A model generated the notes under the pieces. It saw only the letters and a list, made by a program, of their open reading frames with translations. It did no database searches and had not been told where the DNA came from. Position numbers and translations under genes: made by a program. From Thermoplasmatota archaeon (lineage in GTDB: Archaea > Thermoplasmatota > Penumbrarchaeia > Penumbrarchaeales > Penumbrarchaeaceae): a stretch of DNA of 31,498 nt. Of this stretch, positions 23,412-31,498 are shown piece after piece. Every line of letters starts with the position of its first letter. The stretch's first letter is position 1. The stretch lies in NCBI GenBank assembly GCA_030595585.1, contig JAUVCY010000001.1, positions 1 through 31,498 of the forward strand, read 5' to 3'.

Positions 23412-25295
23412 GTGGTCTTTCCCGATTGCTCGCAGGGGGTCTATCGGCCGTTTCGGATATCGACGAGGGAGAAGCGCGAGCTGATCCAGAGGCTCGCCGA
23501 GAATGGGGTCAAGGGCATAGACGATTTCCTCACACAGGCCAGGAAGCAGGGGGCGGTCGCGGAGAGGATGGACGAGATCAGGTCCCGTATCTCCAGGCAG
23601 ATAGAGCGGTCCCTTTCGGATAGGAAGAGGTGGGTGGACGATTCGATCCGGGAGCTGATCGAGAAAGGGCGGATGGGCTCCGGGATGGCCAATGACGGGA
23701 TCTTCGAGGACGACACCTCGTTCCGCAGGTTCTCCTCCGATGAGATCAGGGGGGAGCTGCTGGCATCCGAGCTTATCATGGAGCTTGAGAGGGGGGAGGG
23801 GACGAGGGATTACGTGGAGAAGCTCTCCCTGCTTCGCCGCTTTTTCAGGTGGCTAAAGAGGCTGCTTGCCAGGGCCCTTTTCTTCATCAGGAGGTCGTTC
23901 TTCAGGCTCAAGGGGTGGTTCTCCAGGAAAAAGGCAGATAAGGGAGAGAGGCGGGACGGGGTCGGGTCCAGGAAAGGGGCGATATCCCTGCCCTTTCCCT
24001 CTATCGGGAAGGACCTGGATATCTGGGAGAGGCGCCTTGAGGAGAGGCTGGATCGGGACCGATCGCTCCAGAACGCCGTTAACCAGAGGATCTCCGAGAG
24101 CACGGGATATGACAGCGGTTTGATCAAACTGGGTGCAGCAGCAGACCCGAAATGGTACAAACAGGAAGCAGGTAAGGTCCTGAGGGAAGAGGTCGAGGGC
24201 CGGTCCCTCAAGAGATCTGACGAGCTCGCCAGGGAGAGGGAAAAGCGCATCAAGAGGATCCAGGAGCGGAAGGTGAAGGATAGAAGGGTCCGCGACGAGA
24301 TCATGAAGCGGGAAAAGGCATTCGAGCAGGAGGTGGAGGATTCGGACAGGCTCAAGGAAAAGCTCTCCGTGGATGAGATGAGGTCCGAACTACTCAAAAC
24401 GCTCTCCAACATGGGGTTCATACAGAACAGGGGAGAGGCGGGAGATCCGGGGCCCATGGGCTGGGAGATCACCGAGGGGCTCATCCGCAGGTTCTCCGAG
24501 CTCATCTATGGTGAGCTGATGGGGTCAAGGGAGGGTAGAAAGGACCTGCATGGGCATCAGATCTCGGACGCGGGAGTGTACGAGAAAGGAAGGCTCAGGA
24601 CCGTCCACGAGGAGACCAGAATGGACATCCTGACCTCACTTGTGAATGCCAGGATCCGTCACCCGAACCACCGGGATATCGAGGACCAGGATATCGTCGT
24701 CTACCGCGAGGTCACGACGTCCGACCTGCACGCGGTCCTTCTACTGGACATCAGCGGGTCCATGGAGGAGAACAACCGACTGGAGGCAGCAAAGCGATCC
24801 GTCCTGGCCCTCTCCCACGCGATCAAGAGGGAGGACCCCAGAAACCGGGTGGATATCATCGCGGTGTCGACGAGGCCCAGGGTGGTCACCCTCAGGGAGG
24901 TGATGTCCATGGAGCCCAGGGGCTTCACCAACATCCAGGAATCCATCGCCATGGCAAGGTCCCTCTTCGACACATCCAGGTCGGAGAGACACCTGCTGTT
25001 CCTCATCACCGACGGCCTGCCGGAGGCATATCTATCCAGAGCGGGAAAGCCGGTGGCGGGGGACCTGGAGCTCTCAATGGAGCTGGCGCTCGTCGAGGTG
25101 AAGGAGCTCAGGAAGTACCGTGAGCTCAACTTCACGATCTTCCTGCTGGAGGCGGAGGACGACACCTTCGTGGATGCCGCAAGGAAGATGGCCAGTGCCG
25201 GCTCGGGGAAGGTCGTCGTCGTTGACCCGTCCCGCCTTGGAAGGGAGGTCCTGGGATCGTTCAGTGCCGAGGGAAACGTTCTTGGCGGCGTTTGA
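23412..25295 (+). CDS. VWA domain protein with long N-terminal charged/coiled-coil region, partner of the AAA+ ATPase
   Basis: MIDAS intact: LLLDISGSM, FTNIQ, LITDGLP. True start is uncertain and may be near 23361 (see findings). Confidence 0.88.
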   Translation: MVFPDCSQGVYRPFRISTREKRELIQRLAENGVKGIDDFLTQARKQGAVAERMDEIRSRISRQIERSLSDRKRWVDDSIRELIEKGRMGSGMANDGIFEDDTSFRRFSSDEIRGELLASELIMELERGEGTRDYVEKLSLLRRFFRWLKRLLARALFFIRRSFFRLKGWFSRKKADKGERRDGVGSRKGAISLPFPSIGKDLDIWERRLEERLDRDRSLQNAVNQRISESTGYDSGLIKLGAAADPKWYKQEAGKVLREEVEGRSLKRSDELAREREKRIKRIQERKVKDRRVRDEIMKREKAFEQEVEDSDRLKEKLSVDEMRSELLKTLSNMGFIQNRGEAGDPGPMGWEITEGLIRRFSELIYGELMGSREGRKDLHGHQISDAGVYEKGRLRTVHEETRMDILTSLVNARIRHPNHRDIEDQDIVVYREVTTSDLHAVLLLDISGSMEENNRLEAAKRSVLALSHAIKREDPRNRVDIIAVSTRPRVVTLREVMSMEPRGFTNIQESIAMARSLFDTSRSERHLLFLITDGLPEAYLSRAGKPVAGDLELSMELALVEVKELRKYRELNFTIFLLEAEDDTFVDAARKMASAGSGKVVVVDPSRLGREVLGSFSAEGNVLGGV

Positions 25296-25419
25296 CCCGA
25301 GACCAACCTATTTTCCTGTTAATCTACTCAGAAAATCTTAATATGTGGCCTCACCATACCCAATGCGGGGAGGGTCGATCTTTTCCCCTTTGAGATGAAG
25401 AAGAGTAGAGGGCGATAAT

Positions 25420-26001
25420 ATGAATGAGATACCTGAAGTAAAAAACGATTGGGACAGCCCGCCGTCGGGCCTCCCACCTCCCCAACCAACGGGAGGGACC
25501 ACGGAGACGGGACCAACCGCGTCTTACGATCCTTTTGCCAAGAAGGACGAGGTGCCCATTGGAAAGAGTTCGAAACCTCTCATTCCGAAAGTTTCGATAT
25601 ACGATCGGCAGAGTATTCTCAATCTTCTCGTGGTATTTGGGATAATGTCGATAATAGTCGGCGCATCCATATGCTCCCTGTCGGGGATAGTTTTCAGACC
25701 AGAGGCCCCAAGCGGTGCAGATTACGACGATATAGAGGAGTATAATGATGACGTTGATACAAGGAACCAGGTGTCATCGTTCATCTACATGATGGGCTCG
25801 ACGATCCTGATGATCGGACTTCTTCTGGTCATTTTCAAAGTGGGTTTGATCGTGGTCAGCAGCACCTTTCCCACAGGTCTCAGAATAGCCGCGGGGATCC
25901 TGCTGGTCGTCTTGATACCGTTCTTCCTGACCATATTCATAATGGCAGGACCTGCAAGGCTTCTTACGAACATTGATGGAGGTTATTACTATGGATGGTA
26001 G
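25420..26001 (+). CDS. Hypothetical 3-TM membrane protein with Pro-rich N-terminus and acidic DYDD loop
   Basis: Three hydrophobic segments; paralog of the next gene. Confidence 0.75.
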   Translation: MNEIPEVKNDWDSPPSGLPPPQPTGGTTETGPTASYDPFAKKDEVPIGKSSKPLIPKVSIYDRQSILNLLVVFGIMSIIVGASICSLSGIVFRPEAPSGADYDDIEEYNDDVDTRNQVSSFIYMMGSTILMIGLLLVIFKVGLIVVSSTFPTGLRIAAGILLVVLIPFFLTIFIMAGPARLLTNIDGGYYYGW

Positions 26002-26404
26002 TGCGCCCGTAGAGGGGAGGAAGTTCAAGATCCCCGCCTGGCTTACAACGGTTCTGGTCGTTGGAATGATGACCCTGTTCCTGGGTGTTATCGTTGCAAA
26101 TACGGCCTACATAAATTTCCCCACGGACCCGGATGATTACGACGATAACCCCGAGGACTTCGAGAAAGATGAGAACCTCGAGCAGGACATATCATCGATG
26201 CAGTATCTGATCGGAGCCACGTTCATAAACGCCGGCGTCGGGATGATCCTGATCTTCATGCTGCTGGGCGTGGTTGCGAATGAGACGATAAACCAGAGGC
26301 CGAGAATAGTGATGTTGGTTGCCTCCGTATCGTTGCTCACGATCTGGATATACTTCAGCCTGTTATCAGGTCTGCTCTCCAGGGTGACCTGGATCTCACC
26401 ATAG
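25991..26404 (+). CDS. Hypothetical 3-TM membrane protein with acidic DYDD loop (paralog of previous gene)
   Basis: GGAGGT SD at 25978 and ATG 25991 overlapping the upstream stop; shared motifs with the previous gene. Confidence 0.75.
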   Translation: MDGSAPVEGRKFKIPAWLTTVLVVGMMTLFLGVIVANTAYINFPTDPDDYDDNPEDFEKDENLEQDISSMQYLIGATFINAGVGMILIFMLLGVVANETINQRPRIVMLVASVSLLTIWIYFSLLSGLLSRVTWISP

Positions 26405-26415
26405 GCGGTCAATGA

Positions 26416-27003
26416 ATGAGACGTTGGCATGTCGTGGCCCTGATAATCGGGGTCCTGTTATCGATCCAGATGGTGGTGTTATCCATCTATCTGCTGGTCG
26501 ATGACGATTCCATGGAGTATCAGAGGGACCTCTCCATCAGTGTGGAGTGGCAGGATGCAGGGAACAGGACGGCCGAGGATTACACCGTAACCATTCCTCT
26601 TCTGGTGTACGAGGGTACCGGAGACCCCCTGATCACATCCATGGACCAGCTGGAGATCACTCTTGGCCGGGGCGAGATGGAGCTCGTTACGGTGGATGGA
26701 GACCCGTTCCTGAGGCTGACCTCGGACACATCCGTGACGATAAAACACCATTTCCACGATTCAGGCGAGGGTGTGTCCCCTGGTGAATTGAAGGCCGAGC
26801 TCTCCTCCCAGACGGGCGACCTGGATGCGGACACCGCCTCCATATCGATCGAATCCGATTCCGGGGCAGTTGAGGTCAGTATACGATTCTTCCAGGAGAG
26901 CATATCGTCGAAAGGGACCCACAGGATCACCAGGGCCGAATGTGATGTTGAGCTCAACGAGGGCGCCTCCAGGTACCCGCTGGATAGGATAGTTCCCGGA
27001 TAG
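26416..27003 (+). CDS. Hypothetical N-terminally anchored exported protein
   Basis: MRRWH plus a 23-aa hydrophobic helix, then an acidic beta-rich domain. Confidence 0.7.
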   Translation: MRRWHVVALIIGVLLSIQMVVLSIYLLVDDDSMEYQRDLSISVEWQDAGNRTAEDYTVTIPLLVYEGTGDPLITSMDQLEITLGRGEMELVTVDGDPFLRLTSDTSVTIKHHFHDSGEGVSPGELKAELSSQTGDLDADTASISIESDSGAVEVSIRFFQESISSKGTHRITRAECDVELNEGASRYPLDRIVPG

Positions 27004-27018
27004 GTCCAGGGTTTGATA

Positions 27019-27492
27019 TCACGATCTGACGATCGCCGTGAGGAATATGAAAACGGCGAGGCCGGCTCCCAGAACGACGCCCAGTACCGCCATGAACGGT
27101 TTCAGAAGTGGTGCCGCGACCCAGTGTATGATGTCGAAGGCCGTATCGTTGGGATAGCTCGCATGGGCGATGAAATTGAAATAGAACCAGACCCCCCACG
27201 GAACCATGCCGGCAAATACCATCGGCAGGGCCACCTTGCGGGATCCCTTCTGGCCGAACTTCAGGGCGAAGAGCCCTGCAAGGACCGATACGAGTCCGAA
27301 GGTCATGATGAAGGAGAACAGCAGGTACGTCCACGGGTTATTATGGTAATCGGATTTCGACTCCCCCGCCCCGTTCACGGGGCTGGAGGAGGTATCGTTC
27401 TGCGCCGCTGCGGCCGGCACGCAGAATGTGAGGACCACTGCCAGGATCACGAAGGCCAAGAACATCATTGGCCTGTGAGGGTATTCTTTCAT
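27019..27492 (-). CDS. Hypothetical membrane protein (signal peptide plus 3 TM)
   Basis: AxA cleavage-like PAAAAQ, Ser/Asn linker, three hydrophobic helices. Confidence 0.7.
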   Translation of the reverse strand: MKEYPHRPMMFLAFVILAVVLTFCVPAAAAQNDTSSSPVNGAGESKSDYHNNPWTYLLFSFIMTFGLVSVLAGLFALKFGQKGSRKVALPMVFAGMVPWGVWFYFNFIAHASYPNDTAFDIIHWVAAPLLKPFMAVLGVVLGAGLAVFIFLTAIVRS

Positions 27493-27560
27493 GGAACTGC
27501 CTCTCATGGACTGCGATTACTCCCTCTGGACATACGAGATCAAGGGGGGAGCGTGACGGA

Positions 27561-27797
27561 TCAGCTGAACTTGATCCCGGTCAGCGTCTTTGTATCGATC
27601 ACTCCCTGGATGGCCCGGACCTTTTCCACCACGATCTGGCCAAGGGTGTTGAAATCCTTTGCCTCGATCTTTGCGATCAGGTCGTATTCTCCAAAGAGAG
27701 GGTGGAGCTCAACGATCTCTCCAACGTTCATAAGGGACTTGAACACCTCGTGTTCCTTTGCGGGGGCTGTGCTAATGAGGATAAAGCCAATTACCAT
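27561..27797 (-). CDS. Stand-alone Lrp/AsnC ligand-binding (RAM) domain protein
   Basis: MVIGFILI...ELHPLFGEYDLIAKIEA...IQGVIDTKTL; 78 aa, no HTH; CAGGTGA SD. Confidence 0.92.
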   Translation of the reverse strand: MVIGFILISTAPAKEHEVFKSLMNVGEIVELHPLFGEYDLIAKIEAKDFNTLGQIVVEKVRAIQGVIDTKTLTGIKFS

Positions 27798-28004
27798 TCT
27801 TTTTCACCTGTTTTTACCATAGATAGCACTCCTATTATATTTTTCCCCCATCCCCCCATCAAGTGGTGTTATTCGGGAGGTCTCAATAATGAAGAGGGTA
27901 AACGAAAACGGGGAGTGTTCCCCTTTCCCCATAAGTTAATTAGGGCTGGTTGTATCTCCCTTTGATATTCCGATGCGTTAATCGAGATTGGCTGGTGAAG
28001 CAAG

Positions 28005-28589
28005 GTGACCAAGAGGATAAAGATCGGAATAACCGGATTGCCCGGGGCAGGAAAAACGCATGCCCTGAAGAAGGTCATCCAGATGCTCCAGGCCGAGGAG
28101 GTCAAGGTGGGGGGAATGGTGACGGATTCCATCCTGGAGGATGGGGTGAAGAAGGGTTTTTCGGTTCTCAATCTTTTAAACGGCGATGAGGGCGTGCTCG
28201 CACATGAGGATTCCCCGTCGGAGACACGTTTTCAGTTCGAGGACCACGATTACGGCATCAACCTTGAGACGTTGGATTCCATCGGCGTCAAGGCGATCTC
28301 GATGGCCATGGAGGATGCAGAGGTGATCGTGATCGATGAGGTGGGTAAACTGGAGGTGGAATCTCCCCTCTTCGTCCAGGTGGTCAAGGAGGCGTTGGAG
28401 GCTGAGAAGCCCCTTCTTTTAACCCTCCACAAGAAGTCCAGAAACCCGCTTCTGCAGGATATTCGGAGAAGGGACGACGTGAGGATCCTTGAGGTCACCC
28501 CTATCAACAAGAACATCCTTCCCTACAAGATCATGCCCCTTATCAAGGCGGAGATCGGGCCCAGCAGGCCCTCCCTGGACATCTACTGA
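28005..28589 (+). CDS. NTPase (THEP1/NTPase_1 family)
   Basis: ITGLPGAGKT, VGGMVT, VIVIDEVGKLE, LLTLH; GTG start after GGTGA. Confidence 0.92.
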   Translation: MTKRIKIGITGLPGAGKTHALKKVIQMLQAEEVKVGGMVTDSILEDGVKKGFSVLNLLNGDEGVLAHEDSPSETRFQFEDHDYGINLETLDSIGVKAISMAMEDAEVIVIDEVGKLEVESPLFVQVVKEALEAEKPLLLTLHKKSRNPLLQDIRRRDDVRILEVTPINKNILPYKIMPLIKAEIGPSRPSLDIY

Positions 28590-28715
28590 ACCGTCCGTTA
28601 AAACTCCAAAACACCTTATTATAACCTAGTAGTTGGCCACAGGAAAGCACGTATACCGCCGGGAAAAAGGGGTAGCATGGACCAATGTCATTCCAAATTG
28701 TGTACAGTAAGATAC

Positions 28716-28723
28716 TTATATAA
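28716..28723 (+). promoter_or_regulatory. TATA box candidate (TTATATAA) for the large surface protein
   Basis: About 70 nt upstream of ATG 28794, in an AT-rich spacer. Confidence 0.4.
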
Positions 28724-28793
28724 CAGGTCGAGATGGAAAGATTGCAGAGAAAATACTCCAGAGAAGTAAGTTATGTAAAAGGAGGCTCAATAA

Positions 28794-31498
28794 ATGGAAG
28801 AAATCAACAAACGTCCAAACGGTTGGATGCTGACCCTGGGAATATTGTTCCTGCTGGTATCAGTGGGGATCGGAGGGTTTTTCGCCTACCGTTATCTGGA
28901 CGAGATAGATGTCGATAAGCTAATTTTTGATACATGGCTCAACGAGAAAAGAGAGCTGTTCGAGAAGCTGGCGGACATCAGCGCACCAGTGAACAATATC
29001 GGCGACCCTCTGAGGGATGATTCCCTTACGAGATCGGGCGGCGGTTCACTTGAATGGTCAGTGACGTTATACGAGGCCGAGGGAGAGTACCTCTCTTCCC
29101 CCGCCCTTGTGGACCTGAACAACAACGGCGATCTGGAGATAGTCATTGCATCCGCGGGCGACTACATATACGCCCTTGGCTCCCAGGGGTCATATTTCTG
29201 GCCCGAGCCATATTCGGACGATGTGATCGATTATCTGGGTCAGACGCCTCAGACCTCTGGTCTGGATTTTGACCCACCCCATATATTCGCTTCCGTTATC
29301 GCGGCAGATGTGAACCTGGGAGACACTCCCGAGGTCATCATCGGCGTCAAGGACGGAGCGCTCTGTCTTGGGTCCGATGGACAGAAACAGTGGAAGAAAG
29401 GCCTGACCAACGGGTACTACTTCTCCACTGCCTGTATCACGGACCTTGAGGGGGAGTGGACCGGAGAGAAGGAGGACCTCGAGATCGTGCTCGCATCGGA
29501 TGATGAGAGCAGGGGTGGTTGGATCGAGGCCTTCGAGGTTGACGGCGGTGCCGTGTTCCGTGAGTCAGCACCAACAGGCGGTGAGGGTGGCCTCATTGGC
29601 TGTTCTGTGGTGGCACACGATCTTGATGGTGACTTCTGGGACGGGCCAGAGCTGATCAACCCCGACCCCTCCAAGGAGAGGGATACCGAACTTATCATCG
29701 GTAACCACGACAGGGGGCTTCGTGTCTGGGTAAGGCAGGGAGAGAACTCCGAGGGTAAGCCCAACTACGACGAGACGACCAGCGGTTGGCTCGCAGGTCA
29801 CCAGACCTATGCGACCACGGCGGTCGCCAACGTTACAGGCGATCCCGGTTGTGAGATGTTCGTGGGCTCCTCTGAGGGATACCCCAGAACGTGGACTGGC
29901 TGGGGTGGAAAGCTGTACGTTTATAATGATCAATACAAGAAGCTGTGGGACTTTTCCACAGGCAGCTCCCGTGCGTCGATCTTCAGCTCCCCCGCCGTTG
30001 CCGACCTCCAGGTCGCAAAGGACGATCCAGAGGAGAAGCACCTTGATTATGAGGTCATATTCGGGGCGGATAATGGGAACATGTACGTTCTGAACACCGA
30101 GTTCCACTCCGTCATCTGGACCTTTAATACGGGTGGAAGAGTTATGTCATCTCCCGCCATATGCAACATAGATAATGACGATGAGCTGGAGATAGTGATA
30201 GGGTCCGACTCCGGAAAGGTTTTCTGTTTCGACGGCGACCCGAGCGATGGAATAGATGAGGGTTTCCCCTACCCTGGAGATGGAACAAGCCAGGATGTCC
30301 TCTGGGTATATGACACCAAGTCCCCCATAGGCATCTCCTCACCTGTGGTTGCCGATATCGACCTTGACGGACAGCTCGAGGTAGTCATCGGAGATCAGGA
30401 GGGGCACGTTTGGTGCATCTCCGCAGGAGGAAGGGCAGTGACAGGCCAGGTCGACTGGCCGGAGTTCCACTACGACCTGAACAGGACCGGGTTCTACAAC
30501 CCCCAGACCTCCTACGGCGTGGACCTATATCCCAAGACCGGACCCGACGGAAGGGCGGAGCCCCTTGTCAGGTCCATCCAGCCCGGTGAGACCATCACAT
30601 ACAACCTGACCATCGAGAACACCGGAAAGGGCATCTCCGAGATGAACAAGGACAAGATCATGGTCGAGCTCGACCATGATTCCATCCCAGAGGGCTGGGC
30701 TGCAAAGCTGACCCTCCCCAAGGACCAGGGAATTAATAATCCCAATTACGTCATGCTCGCATCGGAACAGACCGCACCGGTAAGGCTTGATGTCACTGCT
30801 CCGTGGGAGGGTGAGATCGGCGAGATGGCGAGGATCAATCTTTCGGCGAACTCTACCACCGATCAATGGGCACGGGATACCGCGACCACACTATCGATAC
30901 TCGACCTGTTCGTGGATTTCGAGATGATATATCTCAAGCAGGCGTCAGTGGATGCACTGGACCCGTTGGTGGGCAAGAAGTGGGACAAGATAAATCCCGG
31001 AGCCGACCAGTATTATACGGTATCGATACTGAACAAGGGTAATCTCAACGACACATATCATCTGCAGTTGAACCCGCCTCCTTCCGACACAGGCTGGAAC
31101 TGGAGCTTCGTGGAGACCGAGTCGATGACTGCCGATCTGACGTTGAGCGCACCCATCTTCAAGGAGTTCGGTGCTGATTCCGGCGCCACCCTCACGCTGA
31201 AGGTGAAGTGTCCGATCGACGCAAGGAAGGACACGAAGATGCCAGTTGTGATCCGGGCAACCTCGTTACTGAGCAAGATGTCCGATATCGAGGATATCAC
31301 CAAGACCGACGAGCTGATCCTCGTCGTGGGTGAACATCACGAATTGGACCTCCGTATCGAGGACTCCACGAAGTACGTCAACCCGAACGGCACGGTCGAG
31401 TTCCAGATATCCATAACGAATCTGGGAAACAAGGACGTGATATACGTTCTTCTGAGCGTCGACAACAAACAGTCCGGATGGGACATCAGGTATCCTGC
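28794..31498 (+). CDS. Large surface protein: N-terminal TM anchor, FG-GAP/PQQ-like beta-propeller, repeated NEW3/CARDB-like Ig domains; 3'-truncated by window edge
   Basis: Hand translation from ATG 28794 (GGAGG SD), open for 901 codons to the end; absent from ORF track. Repeats SSPALVDLNNNGDLEI, SSPAICNIDNDDELEI, SSPVVADIDLDGQLEV etc., closure motif DWPEFHYDLNRTG, then PGETITYNLTIENTG..PEGW, INPGADQYYTVSILNKGN..GW, VNPNGTVEFQISITNLGN..SGW. Confidence 0.92.
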   Translation, partial: MEEINKRPNGWMLTLGILFLLVSVGIGGFFAYRYLDEIDVDKLIFDTWLNEKRELFEKLADISAPVNNIGDPLRDDSLTRSGGGSLEWSVTLYEAEGEYLSSPALVDLNNNGDLEIVIASAGDYIYALGSQGSYFWPEPYSDDVIDYLGQTPQTSGLDFDPPHIFASVIAADVNLGDTPEVIIGVKDGALCLGSDGQKQWKKGLTNGYYFSTACITDLEGEWTGEKEDLEIVLASDDESRGGWIEAFEVDGGAVFRESAPTGGEGGLIGCSVVAHDLDGDFWDGPELINPDPSKERDTELIIGNHDRGLRVWVRQGENSEGKPNYDETTSGWLAGHQTYATTAVANVTGDPGCEMFVGSSEGYPRTWTGWGGKLYVYNDQYKKLWDFSTGSSRASIFSSPAVADLQVAKDDPEEKHLDYEVIFGADNGNMYVLNTEFHSVIWTFNTGGRVMSSPAICNIDNDDELEIVIGSDSGKVFCFDGDPSDGIDEGFPYPGDGTSQDVLWVYDTKSPIGISSPVVADIDLDGQLEVVIGDQEGHVWCISAGGRAVTGQVDWPEFHYDLNRTGFYNPQTSYGVDLYPKTGPDGRAEPLVRSIQPGETITYNLTIENTGKGISEMNKDKIMVELDHDSIPEGWAAKLTLPKDQGINNPNYVMLASEQTAPVRLDVTAPWEGEIGEMARINLSANSTTDQWARDTATTLSILDLFVDFEMIYLKQASVDALDPLVGKKWDKINPGADQYYTVSILNKGNLNDTYHLQLNPPPSDTGWNWSFVETESMTADLTLSAPIFKEFGADSGATLTLKVKCPIDARKDTKMPVVIRATSLLSKMSDIEDITKTDELILVVGEHHELDLRIEDSTKYVNPNGTVEFQISITNLGNKDVIYVLLSVDNKQSGWDIRYP

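Noticed and set aside
21828-25295. True magnesium/cobalt chelatase
   Set aside because: No ChlH/CobN or tetrapyrrole genes in context, and the VWA partner lacks its own AAA domain and polyproline linker.
25999-27003. Several consecutive genes ending in TAG as pyrrolysine read-through
   Set aside because: Downstream in-frame text is not protein-like, the next genes have their own SD and start, and no pyl genes are in the window.
27850-27935. Short inverted repeats (TTATT...AATAA, GGGGA-GTGT-TCCCC) in the Lrp/NTPase divergent spacer
   Set aside because: Arms are only 5 bp with no repetition or covariation; too weak to call.

Overview
This is a roughly 58% GC chromosomal window from an archaeon, most likely a Thermoplasmatota heterotroph (inferred from rpL37e-Lsm, archaeosine TgtA, AMP phosphorylase, GGTGA/GGAGG Shine-Dalgarno motifs and giant acidic surface proteins). 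It holds about 28 CDS. Two edge-truncated FG-GAP surface proteins and rpL37e are missing from the ORF track. Left to right: FG-GAP/PKD protein; class I aldolase, beta-like carbonic anhydrase, ferritin-like protein and cupin; a low-GC two-gene wHTH + RelE-like cassette with a palindromic operator; GNAT; membrane proteins; Lsm-rpL37e; a membrane-anchored C25 (gingipain-like) protease; a MobA-like NTP transferase coupled to a degenerate MCM-like protein; a six-gene minus-strand run (gyaR, tgtA, dead MBL-fold protein, R15P isomerase, AMP phosphorylase, ATP-grasp ligase); a 107-bp structured tandem repeat; an AAA+/VWA pair; membrane paralogs; stand-alone Lrp domain; NTPase; large FG-GAP/Ig surface protein. 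Best leads: (1) twin covarying hairpins with tandem G.A pairs immediately after the MCM-like gene, (2) the MCM-like pseudo-ATPase operon itself, (3) the apparently foreign putative toxin-antitoxin cassette, (4) the hairpin-rich 107-bp repeat, (5) a pseudo-MBL in the nucleotide-salvage run. No tRNA, rRNA, transposase or CRISPR array was found. All family assignments come from motif recognition by eye; no database search was run.
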